DNA of 64,000 nucleotides from Hyaloraphidium curvatum SAG 235-1 (lineage: Eukaryota; Fungi; Monoblepharomycota): assembly GCA_025558095.1 (NCBI GenBank), contig JAIVFI010000036.1, forward strand, positions 310,001-374,000. The letters run 5' to 3'. Position 1 is the first letter of the stretch. Every line of letters starts with the position of its first letter. The position numbers and the translations under genes were made by a program. Below the pieces are notes generated by a model, which was not told where the DNA came from, ran no database searches, and saw only the letters and a program-made list of their open reading frames with translations. Shown one piece after another: positions 1 through 9,878 of this stretch.

Positions 1-1572
1 CGGCTCAGCCGGCGCGGCCGCCGCGCGCTGCACTGGCTCAAGCTCGCCGCGGACGCCGGCATCCCCGCCGCGCAGTTCTGCCTCGCCTCGTGCTTCTACA
101 ATGCCATCGGCACGCGCAAGGACGACCGCAGGGCCTTCATCTGGGCGGGGAGGGCCGCCGCAAGGGGGCACCCGGGCGCGCAGAACCTCCTGGGCATGCT
201 CTACGTCGACGGCATCCCGCCGGACGTGCCCGCGGACCCGCAGACGGGGCTCAGATGGTACATTCGGTGAGCAGAGCGTGGCGGTGGGCTGCCCTGGTCC
301 TGCCGCTGACCCCGCCGTTTCCGCCCTGCGCATTTCGTGCGACCCGTCCTCAGGAGCGCCGACCAGGGCGAGGCCGCCGCCATCTACAACATCGCCACGC
401 TGTTCGAGCGCGGCGTGGCCGTCGAGGAGGACCCCGCAAAGGCCTTCCGCTTCTACCTGCGCGCCTCCGAGTACGGCTCCATCTCGGCCTCTAACATCGT
501 CGGGCTCTTCTACGAGCAGGTCGGTCTGCCGGTCCGCCGGTGCGCGTTCGCGATCTTCTTCTCACGCCTTGCCGGTGTAGGGAGTGATCGGCGACGCCCC
601 CGACCCCGCCCGCGCGGCCGACTTTTACACCCGCGCGGCGGTGCAGGGCCACCCCTTTGCGCAGTACAACGCCGGCCGGTGCCACGTCGAAGGACTGGGG
701 GTGCCCGCGGACCCGGCGAGAGCGCTGGGGTTCTTTGAGCGGGCGGCGCACCAGAGGCACGTGCTCGCGAGGATGTCGCTGGGTGGGTGTGGCTGTGCAT
801 GCCCCGGGGGTCCCTCCCCGGCCTCCCCGGCAACCTTCTGACGCCGTTCTTGACGTTTCTAGGAGTGATGTGGGAGGATGGCATAGGGGTGGCGCGTCCG
901 GACAAGCGCCGTGCGCTGGAGTGGTTCCGCCGCGCGTCCTACCGCGGCTCGCGGGAAGCCCAGCGCCGCCTCAAGCCCGTCTGGGCGTGCCGGGTGCTGG
1001 TCGCCTGCCGCGCGCTCCTGTGCTCCGCGCCGCGCCCCGCGCCCGGTGCCGAGGGCGCGGGGATGTGGAGCCTGCCGTTCGAGATACGCGAGCACGTGGT
1101 CGGCTGGCTCAACTCGGAGTGCGTCCTCGCGAGGGGGGAGATGCGCGCCGCGGTGCGGTACGGCCGCGATCGGGCGACGCTGCTTGCCGCTCCCATCTCT
1201 CCGCCGGCCAACGAGGGCATCGCGAGGCCGATGGGCCGGCTGAGCATCGCCGGCGAGGACGGCGGGACGGGGGTCCCCGCGCGATCGACGCGGAAGCGCA
1301 ACGCGGGCGGCGAGCGCCGCCCCGCGCCGCCTCCCTCGCTCCCCGCCTTTCTCGCCTCGTGCGCGATCAAATCCTACGCGGACCGCCGCGCGTGTTCCTG
1401 CCCCCCCGGGGCGTGCGGCTCGCTGCGGCACGCGATGGCGCGGTACCACGAGCGGGAGGACGAGCCGGCGGAGGAGGAGGAGGAAGAGGGGTACGAGGAG
1501 GTGGCGGGGATCGTGACGGGGGAGGATCCGGCGAGCGAGGACGAGGGGATGAGCGTCGGCGGGGGGGACTAG
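1..1572 (+). CDS. Sel1-like repeat protein, 5' end outside the window, with C-terminal F-box-like motif and acidic tail
   Basis: Frame 1 from base 1 reads ALHWLKLAADAGIPAAQFCLASCFYNAIG...AAARGHPGAQNLLGMLYVDG (Sel1 repeats). It continues through introns at 267-353, 520-580 and ~783-862 into further repeats (AAVQGHPFAQYNAGRCHVEGLG). Stop TAG ends at 1572. Confidence 0.85.
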
Positions 1573-1926
1573 GTGGGGGCGGGTCCCGGGACTCGAGCGG
1601 GAGCGACGTGCCCGCGGAATCATTCATGCTACAGCTAGCACACAAAGAGGGAAGGATGTAAAGGGCGGTGGAACGGAAGGAATGGGACCGCGGACTCTGT
1701 GATGTTTCGAAAGCGCGCCGCAAGTTTACTCGGGAGGCGCTGCTCCTGCCACGAGGTCCATCGGTTCCACCGGTCCGCCCGCCCATTTCTTCGCCGAGCG
1801 GGGTTCCGAGGTGCTGTCCCTGCTCAGTCCCGATAACTCGTGTTCGCAAGCTGACGAGCGGCGCCGCGCGATGATGACTCCGCCCGGTCCCCAAACAGAA
1901 GTGAATCACAACCCCAACTCCTTGTC

Positions 1927-2784
1927 ATGACGGACACCACTCCCCGCACCGCGTCCCGCTTCGGCTCGCTCGCTCATTATGTCATCACCGGCGGGGCCTC
2001 GGGGCGGGCGCGGCTGCAGCTTCTGCACCGCGTCTTCGGCGCGTCGACGGCACGGCTGCTCGACGCCGCGGGCCTCCCCGCCGGTGCGCGCGTGTGGGAC
2101 GTCGGCTGCGGCGGCGGCGACGTGGCCGTCGACCTGGCGGCGCGCGTGGGGCCGGCCGGCTTCGTCGTCGCGACGGACCTCGACGAGGAGCAGCTGGGCA
2201 TCGCCGTCAGTGAGGCCAGGGCCGCGGGCATCTCGAACCTCGAGTACCGGCTGCTCGACGCCGTGGAGCCGTACCCCTTCCGCGATGACGAGCCAAAGTT
2301 CGACGCCGTCTACATCCGATTCCTGCTGTCGCACCTCCCCGAGCGCCGGGCGACGCTGCACGAGGCCTTTGCCGCGCTCTCGGACGACGGGGTCCTGATT
2401 GTCGAGGACACAGATTTCGGGGGCCAGTTTTCGTTCCCCGAGAGCGAGGCGCTGGCGTCCCTCGTGCGCTGGGAGCTCGCCACCCGGACAAAGCGGGGCG
2501 GGAACGGGAACCTCGGGCGGGAGCTCCCCTCGCTGATCCGAGCGGCGGGATTCAGGGACATCCAGGTCGACGTGATCAACCCGGCGGACACGAAGCCGGG
2601 TTCGGACGTCAAGCTGCTGACGGCGGTGACTCTGCAGCTGATAAAGCCGGCGATCGTGGAGGACGGGCTGGCGACGGAGGCCGAGGTGGACGGGGCCGTG
2701 CAGAGCTTGAGGAACGAGATCATGGATCCGAACCAGCTGCTGAGCATGCCTAGGGTCGTCAGGGTGATTGCCAGGAAGCCGTGA
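1927..2784 (+). CDS. Class I SAM-dependent methyltransferase (intronless, bacterial-type)
   Basis: 285 aa ORF with motif I VWDVGCGGG, acidic post-I ATDLD, and FDAVYIRFLLSHL followed by L..DGVLIVED. Confidence 0.9.
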   Translation: MTDTTPRTASRFGSLAHYVITGGASGRARLQLLHRVFGASTARLLDAAGLPAGARVWDVGCGGGDVAVDLAARVGPAGFVVATDLDEEQLGIAVSEARAAGISNLEYRLLDAVEPYPFRDDEPKFDAVYIRFLLSHLPERRATLHEAFAALSDDGVLIVEDTDFGGQFSFPESEALASLVRWELATRTKRGGNGNLGRELPSLIRAAGFRDIQVDVINPADTKPGSDVKLLTAVTLQLIKPAIVEDGLATEAEVDGAVQSLRNEIMDPNQLLSMPRVVRVIARKP

Positions 2785-2977
2785 TAGCGAGATAGATTCC
2801 CATCTATGCAATGAAATGCCTATGGACGACCAAGCTTGGCACTTCAGTTTCGCCTCTACTCCTCCCATACCTCTCCTCCCCAAAGGCCACCTCAAGAAGA
2901 CAGCAAAGCGATGCCCGCCACCACAACGAGGGCAGACTCCACGACCCATGGTGCTCGACACCGCCCCGCGGCAGTCC

Positions 2978-4540
2978 TTACTCCCGGTGCAAGGGCGCCA
3001 GCGCGCGGATGCGCTCCGAAGGCACGATGCCCATCCGCGTCAGGATCCGCTCGTACCGCGAAGCCTGTAAGTACCTGTTCCTATCGAACGCCGTCGCGTT
3101 GAAGCGTGCGGCCCCAAAGAGCTCCGCGAGGGATGGCAGGTCCACGGTCACCTCGCTGGCGTTGCCCTTGCCGCCCGCTATTTGCGCGTCCAGCTTGGGC
3201 GCGAGCTCCTGGAACATGGGGTGGTCCGTGCGCAGCATCGGGATCCCCATCGCCTCCCCCATCTCGTGCGTGCGGATGTCCGACGCGATCAGCAGCATCG
3301 GGGTCGGGCACGCGAGGCCGATCATGTTGCCGTGGATGCGGGACCCGACGATGGCGTCGAATCCGCACATGGCCTCGGACCACCCCCCGTAGCTGCGGAA
3401 CCACAGGATCTTCTCGCGGGGCACCTTGATGCCCAGCTCGTATTGGGCGCGCTTGGCATACCAATAGTCCGTGGGGCTTTGCCACACGATCTTGTGCCTC
3501 TTGGACTGCATCGCCATCCGCAGCAGGAAGGCCATGAGGCGCGGCACCCAGCGCTGCGGCATGTTGAACGCGATCCGGGAGTGCGGTCCGAGTGCGGCGA
3601 TCTTGGCCTGGATGACGGAGCCCAGGGCAGGGTCGGGGTGGGCAAAGAGGCTTGGGCACCCGAGCGCGACCGCGCCGCGCACGCCGTACCGGCGCAGCAG
3701 CCGCTCCGTGAAGGGCCCGCGCACGCCGATGGCGCCGCCGTCGCTGATGATGGCGCGCAGCGTGTCCACGTACAGCGGGTGCAGCACGTAGTCGGAAGGG
3801 GTGATCATGCGGGTGTAGACTTCGCCCAGGTCGCCGTGGTGCTTGCTCGCCGACGTTCCCAGAGAATCGACGCCCTCGACGCCGATGCCGATGATGAAGC
3901 GGGGCTCGGGGCTCTTTCCGTTCCCGCGCAACGTCGGGAAGCTGCGGATGAGCTCGTCCCTCCGAGAGTTGATCTCCAGGCGCGAGACGTTCAGGAGGAT
4001 GTTGGACGACGGGATCACGACGGCATCGGCCTTGCCCTCGATGTTCCTAAGGCTCCTGACCACGTTCTTGTCCCGGTCCATGATGTAGTTCGACGCCGCG
4101 TGGAGCCAGACCAGGTTGCCGACGTTCTTGCCACTCTTGTTGCAGGCGGTCTCGAAGTCGTCGTCCGGCGCGATGTCCCCAGCCATGTCTCGGTAATCAA
4201 GGGTAAGAAGCACGCGCGCCGGTTTCTTCGGCGGTTCGGCGCCGGGCCGTCGCTCTGCAGGCGTCTTCGGCGGATCCTGCGCCATCGGCCTGTGTCCCTG
4301 TTCCTTTTCCGGCATCGTGGCGACCAACAGCTCATCGCTCCTCGGAGCCAGGTGCCGCCCACTCGTCGCCATCGTGGCATGTCCCGGATCCGACGGCCGC
4401 TCGGTGCGGAGGACCGCCGGCTGCAGCTCGACTGGTTGGGGATAGCGGAGCCGCAGTAGCGACAGGAGGGCCACCAGGGCGACAACCAGGGCCCGACCAG
4501 CGGCGGCACCGCGATTAACGAAGAGCCAACGTGCCCACAT
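2978..4540 (-). CDS. Polysaccharide pyruvyl transferase family protein with N-terminal membrane anchor (type II topology), intronless
   Basis: 520 aa ORF. Hydrophobic ALVVALVALLSLL at the N-terminus. Family motifs NVGNLVW, IGVRGPFTERLL, LGCPSLF, GSRIHG and ASDIRTHEM. Confidence 0.8.
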   Translation of the reverse strand: MWARWLFVNRGAAAGRALVVALVALLSLLRLRYPQPVELQPAVLRTERPSDPGHATMATSGRHLAPRSDELLVATMPEKEQGHRPMAQDPPKTPAERRPGAEPPKKPARVLLTLDYRDMAGDIAPDDDFETACNKSGKNVGNLVWLHAASNYIMDRDKNVVRSLRNIEGKADAVVIPSSNILLNVSRLEINSRRDELIRSFPTLRGNGKSPEPRFIIGIGVEGVDSLGTSASKHHGDLGEVYTRMITPSDYVLHPLYVDTLRAIISDGGAIGVRGPFTERLLRRYGVRGAVALGCPSLFAHPDPALGSVIQAKIAALGPHSRIAFNMPQRWVPRLMAFLLRMAMQSKRHKIVWQSPTDYWYAKRAQYELGIKVPREKILWFRSYGGWSEAMCGFDAIVGSRIHGNMIGLACPTPMLLIASDIRTHEMGEAMGIPMLRTDHPMFQELAPKLDAQIAGGKGNASEVTVDLPSLAELFGAARFNATAFDRNRYLQASRYERILTRMGIVPSERIRALAPLHRE

Positions 4541-4748
4541 GCTCGTCAGACTGGCGCGGGGGCGGGCACGCCGTCAGCAAAGGAGGGGTTTGTCCGATGA
4601 GGCCGCCGGCGTGAGCTTAAATAGGGATGCTATTGGTTGAGGGCCAAGCCATCCGATCCCCCATTCCCTGTGCCACACATCCGCGGGCGTCCTTTCCACC
4701 GACAGTCCGACGGTGTATCGGTTTTGAATGCTTGGATGGGGACGATCT

Positions 4749-5612
4749 TTACTCGATAACCGCGGTAAACGTTGTCAACGACGACTTCCAACCCGACCCC
4801 CGCAGGATCGTGGCAACGCCGGCCAACACGGTGAAGAGCGTTATGGCTGCGCCTCTCGCGCTCGCGTAGCTCACCCTGAAGCCGAGAAAGACGCCACGGT
4901 ACTTGTCCACGTCGGAAAACGACGCCACCAACCTTTCGCTGGCGTACAGGGACCGCGCGGCCGGCGAGCCCAGGACCACCGGGTCTGCCCCGGCGAGGAT
5001 CTCCTGCACGCGCGTCCTGGCGAGCGCGTAGATGTGCGACACGTCGGTGACGGCGGCGTTGGATGCCGCGGCGATGAAAAGCCCCCGGACCACGTCCAGG
5101 AGGGTGACGCCGACGGCGGCGACGGTCCAGGCGGGCAGGCAGTTCCCCGTCGCAACATAGACGAGGGCGCCCACGAACGAGACGATGGACAGGCTGAGGA
5201 GCAGGCCTTTGGCCCCCGAGAGGATGTCCGCGCGGGACATCCATTCGGCAGCCAGGCTGCGGTGGAGAGCCACGTACAGCGGCTCCGGCTGGGGAGCATT
5301 GGGGTTCGGAGAGGAATCCGGGCCGCTTTTTGCCAGGGTGACCTCGCGTTCGCGGATAAAGTTGAAGAGCGCGAGCTTCACGGCACGGCGGTACAACCGG
5401 CGTGAGAGTTCCACCGTCGGCAGGCCCCATGTGATCAGGATGAGGCCCGACACAACGCTGTAGAAGATCGGGCCCAGACCCACGTCGACGGCAGCAAAGA
5501 AGGCGCTCCAGGGGGTCGTCCACGTGCGCGGCCCCAGGGTCACAACCGCCGTGTAGCGGGCGGCGCGAATGAAAAGGTCGGCGGCGCAATGCGCGGGAAC
5601 AGCGCGGCTCAT
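4749..5612 (-). CDS. Multi-pass membrane protein of unknown function, possibly gustatory-receptor-like (7TM ion channel fold); start uncertain
   Basis: Frame is open from 5843 to 4749, with first ATG at 5612. It has 4-5 hydrophobic helices, a long cytosolic helix, then GVFLGFRV ahead of the last TM helix. Confidence 0.6.
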   Translation of the reverse strand: MSRAVPAHCAADLFIRAARYTAVVTLGPRTWTTPWSAFFAAVDVGLGPIFYSVVSGLILITWGLPTVELSRRLYRRAVKLALFNFIREREVTLAKSGPDSSPNPNAPQPEPLYVALHRSLAAEWMSRADILSGAKGLLLSLSIVSFVGALVYVATGNCLPAWTVAAVGVTLLDVVRGLFIAAASNAAVTDVSHIYALARTRVQEILAGADPVVLGSPAARSLYASERLVASFSDVDKYRGVFLGFRVSYASARGAAITLFTVLAGVATILRGSGWKSSLTTFTAVIE

Positions 5613-5919
5613 TCGGCGGCACTGAGCGTCGCAACGCCTTCGCGCGCGGGATCGGACGAACCGCCGGATTCGTCCATCGCGCAATCGCCGCGACGCGACA
5701 AAACCGTGGCGCCGAGAGTGCCGTGTGCCGCCAGTAAGACCGCCGGCGGCCGACGGTCTCGACGCACGTAGGGAGCGCGAGCGGGAGACATCGATCGGAG
5801 CAGCACTCGATCGCGCGGGAGCGCCTGCGGGAGCGCCGCGCACCGCCCCGCCCAGACTTCGGAGTGGCGTTTTCCAGAAGCTCGGCCTGAGCAGCTCAAA
5901 TCAGACGACTCCCCGCGTC

Positions 5920-6056
5920 GAGGCACTCGGAGCCGCTCCTCGTACACTCCGACGGCCCTGACCGCCGTGGCCCGCCACTCACACTGCGAGGTACTCAGAG
6001 TTGCTGCTCGTGCCTTTCCGACGGCCCTAACCGCCGTGCCGCGGCACTCGGCAGTC
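5920..6056. repeat. Two degenerate tandem copies of a ~68 bp unit
   Basis: gaggcactcggagccgctcctcgtacactccgacggccctgaccgccgtg (5920) versus gaggtactcagagttgctgctcgtgcctttccgacggccctaaccgccgtg (5988). Confidence 0.8.
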
Positions 6057-6100
6057 TGTAGCGCACGTCCCCGACCAGCAGTACTTGCCTTCCCCTCACG

Positions 6101-6925
6101 ATGCCCCGCAAGTTCGTCGACCTCTCCATCTACCTCGAAAACGACGTCAAGTCTGATCCCCCTGGGATGGAGCCCCGCATCAACTATATGCGCCACTCGG
6201 AAACGGCCCCGCAGATCGCCTCCTTCTTCCCCGGTCTCAAGAAGGAGGACCTGCCCGACGCCGAGGGTTGGGCAGTCGAGACCGTGACGCTCTCGACCCA
6301 CAACGGGACCCACCTGGACGCGCCGTACCATTTCCACTCCACCATGAACGACAAGTCGGACGGCGGGCGCGAGCGGGCCAAGACCATCGACGAGGTTCCC
6401 CTCGAGTGGTGTTTCCAGCCGGGGGTGAAGCTGGACTTCAGGCACTTCCCCGACGGCTACGTGGTCACCGCGGCGGACGTCGAGGCGGAGCTCAAGAGGA
6501 TCGGACACGAGCTCAAGCCGCTCGAGATCGTGGTCGTCAACACGCGGGCCGGCAGCCGCTACGGGAACCCCGACTACGTGTCGACGGGGTGCGGGATGGG
6601 CTACGACGCGACGATGTACCTCCTCGAGCGCGGCGTCAGGCTCACCGGGACTGATGCGTGGAGCTGGGACGCGCCGTTCGTGCACACTGCAAAGAAGTAC
6701 GCGGAAAGCAAGGATGCCGGGCTCATCTGGGAGGGCCACAAGGCGGGGAGGGACATTGGTTACTGCCACCTCGAGAAGCTGCACAATTTGGAGGCGCTGC
6801 CGCCCACGGGCTTCTACATTTCGTGCTTCCCGCACAAGATCCGCGGCGCGTCGGCGGGATGGACGCGAGCGGTGGCGATCTTTGACGATGCCCTGATGGG
6901 GAGCGGGCTGCAGGCCAAGATTTGA
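6101..6925 (+). CDS. Cyclase family metal-dependent hydrolase (kynurenine formamidase KynB/isatin hydrolase-like), intronless, bacterial-type
   Basis: Signature HxGTHxDxPxH present as HNGTHLDAPYH. Also GTDAWSWD, HLEKLHNL and PHKIRGASAGWTRAVA. Confidence 0.92.
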   Translation: MPRKFVDLSIYLENDVKSDPPGMEPRINYMRHSETAPQIASFFPGLKKEDLPDAEGWAVETVTLSTHNGTHLDAPYHFHSTMNDKSDGGRERAKTIDEVPLEWCFQPGVKLDFRHFPDGYVVTAADVEAELKRIGHELKPLEIVVVNTRAGSRYGNPDYVSTGCGMGYDATMYLLERGVRLTGTDAWSWDAPFVHTAKKYAESKDAGLIWEGHKAGRDIGYCHLEKLHNLEALPPTGFYISCFPHKIRGASAGWTRAVAIFDDALMGSGLQAKI

Positions 6926-7005
6926 GGCCGCGAAGGGGCGGAACGTTGTGCCGGAACTGATTTGAGGTCACGAAGGGGAGGTTACGAAGGGGCGGAACGT
7001 TGTGC
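6919..7005. repeat. Short nested direct repeats spanning the cyclase stop codon
   Basis: cgaaggggcggaacgttgtgc at 6931-6951 and 6985-7005. gatttgagg..cgaagggg at 6919 and 6959. Confidence 0.8.
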
Positions 7006-7291
7006 TCGAAGTGCACCCCGCGACGGTGGCTGTTGGTCAAACTCGTGGTGAAATCGTTGGCCCTCAATAGTCTGCGTTTGTAACAGCCCTGTTGTACAGA
7101 AAGGTAGGTAGTCCATATAGAGGCATTGCTCTTCATCGAATATCGAATATGAGCGGAGTTTCGCCCTTGCGGACTGCTTCGTTTTCGGTCCGGGATACCG
7201 ACGTCAGCCATCCCTCCCAAAAGCCCTCCATCGGCTTTCGACGAAGCCGCGCTCTACGCCGTTCGGCCAACTTCCCACCAACTACGAGACG

Positions 7292-8374
7292 ATGCCCGGA
7301 CGCCACGGTCGCCGCGAGTTGCCCTCCGTCATCGTCGACACTTACAACGCCGAACAGCAGGCCTCGGACGGCGGCTTCCTCGGCGACCGCGCCAGCAACA
7401 GGGCTTTCGTCGCGATGCTGGACGACTGGCGTACCCGCGTCCGCCGCGGCGCCGGGGGCGAGGACCCACTGGATGACCGCGTCGGCGAAAACAGGCCGAC
7501 GAAGGACATCGACCGTGCCGAGATGGACGACCTGCTGCAGGAGGCCGACCGCGACCCCGAGGTGGCCGGCCTCGTGTTCTCTTCCATCGAAGACTTCTCC
7601 CAGGAGTTCGCCGCCGTCGCCAGGCGGTTCATGAGGATGGACGAGTGGAAGGGCACTCAGCGCATCGCGGTCGGAGGCGGCTTCCTCGAGGCCCGCGTCG
7701 GGCTCATGGCCGTCGGCCGCGTCGGAGTGCTGCTCAAGGCCGGCGGGGAGCCGGTTCGGCTGTCGCCAGTGAGCAGACACCCGGACAAGGCGGCCCTGTG
7801 CGGCGCGGCACACCTGATGAGTCCGGAGGAGCTGCACGGTTTCGATGCTATGCTGGCGGTCGACATCGGGGGCACGAACCTGCGTGCCGGGCTCGTCGCG
7901 CTCGAGATCACGGCCGCCCCCGACCTCTCCAAGAGCCACGTCATGGTTGCGGAGAGGTGGCGGCACTCTGAGGACACCCCGGATCGTGAGGCGGCGGTGG
8001 ATCACCTGGCCGAGATGCTCAAGAAGCTGATCGGACACGCCGAAGACGGGGGTCTCCGCCTGGCGCCCTGCATTGGCATCGGCTGCCCCGGGGTCATCCT
8101 CCCGGACGGCAAGATCGCACGCGGGGGCCAGAACCTGCCCGGCGGGAACTGGGACGGCGACGGTGACTTCAGCCTCCCGAAGGTGCTCGAGGGGATTCTG
8201 CCCGAAATCGGGGGCCGCAGGCCGACGGTCGTGATGCACAACGATGCCGTCGTGCAGGGACTGAGCGAGCTGCCGAGGATGCAGGATGTTTCGCACTGGG
8301 GCGTGATGACGATCGGCACCGGACTCGGCAACGCGCGCTTCAGCAACCGAAAGACGGCTGAGCCGACCCTCTGA
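7292..8374 (+). CDS. ROK-family / sugar-kinase-fold protein, intronless, bacterial-type
   Basis: AVDIGGTNLR phosphate-1 motif, IGIGCPG, HNDAVVQGLSE and TIGTGLG. The N-terminal ELPSVIVDTYN...GFLGDRAS resembles proteobacterial ROK proteins (from recall). Confidence 0.88.
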   Translation: MPGRHGRRELPSVIVDTYNAEQQASDGGFLGDRASNRAFVAMLDDWRTRVRRGAGGEDPLDDRVGENRPTKDIDRAEMDDLLQEADRDPEVAGLVFSSIEDFSQEFAAVARRFMRMDEWKGTQRIAVGGGFLEARVGLMAVGRVGVLLKAGGEPVRLSPVSRHPDKAALCGAAHLMSPEELHGFDAMLAVDIGGTNLRAGLVALEITAAPDLSKSHVMVAERWRHSEDTPDREAAVDHLAEMLKKLIGHAEDGGLRLAPCIGIGCPGVILPDGKIARGGQNLPGGNWDGDGDFSLPKVLEGILPEIGGRRPTVVMHNDAVVQGLSELPRMQDVSHWGVMTIGTGLGNARFSNRKTAEPTL

Positions 8375-8546
8375 TCATGACGTTGCAAGACTGCACTTGC
8401 CCTTCTACAGGAAGTTTGATGAATAGATCGCGGTGATTCGCGGAGCACGTGCAGTGTTGCTGGGTCGGCGTTACGCACGCGAGGACACAAACAAGCTCCA
8501 AAGCAACCCCGAGTGCCGCCCCCTTGCGACCCTGATTCCGCCAAAA

Positions 8547-9700
8547 ATGCGCGTCCTCGCAACCGTCGTTGCTTCTCTCGCCCTTGCCGGCGCCGCCCTG
8601 GCCGCGTAAGTCGCCCCGGCGGAGGGCGGCCGGGGACCCCAACTCACGTCCCAATTCCAAGCCCGACCCCCGCGCTCGAGGACACGGTCAACCTCGAGGT
8701 TCTGCCGCCGACAAACTGCCTCAACAGGATCCTGCAGGTCGTGACGGGCGCCGACAAGAAGAGCTACAACTTCGCGACGCTCGCCAAGCTGGGCTACGGT
8801 GTGGATTACGCGGTGCGCACGCTCGCAGGGACAGACCCGTCCATGCCGAGCAACATTACCGTGTTTGCGCCTACCGGTAGGTAATCTTTGGCTGGCAAAA
8901 AGCCTGTCCATCGCGGCGTCTGACCTGACCATCCCTCCCGACGACAAGATGACGCTTTCAAGACCTTTGTCGCGTCGGTCGGTGGCTCGCTCCCCAAGAG
9001 CCTGGAGCCCCTGGTCCCTGAGATCCTGAGCTATCACATCTCGGGCTCCTATATCGACCTGGCCTCCCTCCCCGCCGTCTCGGGCATCGCCACGCTCCTC
9101 AACAACACGGGCAACCTGAGCACAGTCTCGCCGCAGCTCCTCCTGGCCACCAAGGGCGGCAACACCTCCGTCCTCTCCTACGGCCTCGGTACTGCCGAGG
9201 TCATCGACACCCTTCAGTGCACCAACGGCGTCGTCCAGGTCGTCAGCTCGGTCCTGTACCCCCCGAACCCGACCAGCACCACCCTCGACCTGCTCAACGC
9301 GACCGCGATGGCCGGCATCGTCGACCGCGCCGGCCTCGCCCCTGCGCTGGACCGCGACGACCGCACGCTGTTCGTCCCCACGGACGAGGCGTTCGCCGCC
9401 TATTCCAAGGCGGCCGGGCTCGACCGGCAGGGGCGCCGCGCGCTCGTGAGGTACCACACCGTGACCAAAAGGATCATGTCGTGGGACTTTGACTCGCTCA
9501 AGGCGGTGACGGTGGGCGAGGACATCGACCTGCCCGTGCGGGTGGAGAAGGGCGAGGTGTTTGTCGCGGGGGCCAAGGTGGTCAAGGCCAACGTGCTCAC
9601 CGCGAACGGCGTCATCCACGTTATCGACAGGGTGAGCCGGGAGGCATGGCTATCGCGACCAAGCATCCTCGCTGACACCGAATCGCAGGTCTTGGTCTAG
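8547..9700 (+). CDS. Secreted fasciclin (FAS1) domain protein with two FAS1 domains
   Basis: Signal peptide MRVLATVVASLALAGAALA. Introns at 8606-8661, ~8877-8949 and ~9632-9688. H1 motifs TVFAPTD and TLFVPTDEAF; H2 motifs NGVVQVVSSVL and NGVIHVIDRVL. Confidence 0.88.
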
Positions 9701-9878
9701 TTTGTTTCGTGCTCGTTGTTGTGGGAGGAGAGTTCATCGGCGGGGCATATCTGGACGTTGACATTCAGTATGGAGTGATCCCGGTAGATTGACGTTAGAC
9801 GAAAAAGTGGTGGGCCACGCATGTATTGCTCATTTCGATGCCCAAGACATAATCCGACGGCTCCTTGAGAGCCAAGAA

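Noticed and set aside
5920-7005. Short direct repeats as a possible CRISPR array
   Set aside because: Only two copies of each, no unique spacers of regular length, no cas genes, and a eukaryotic context.
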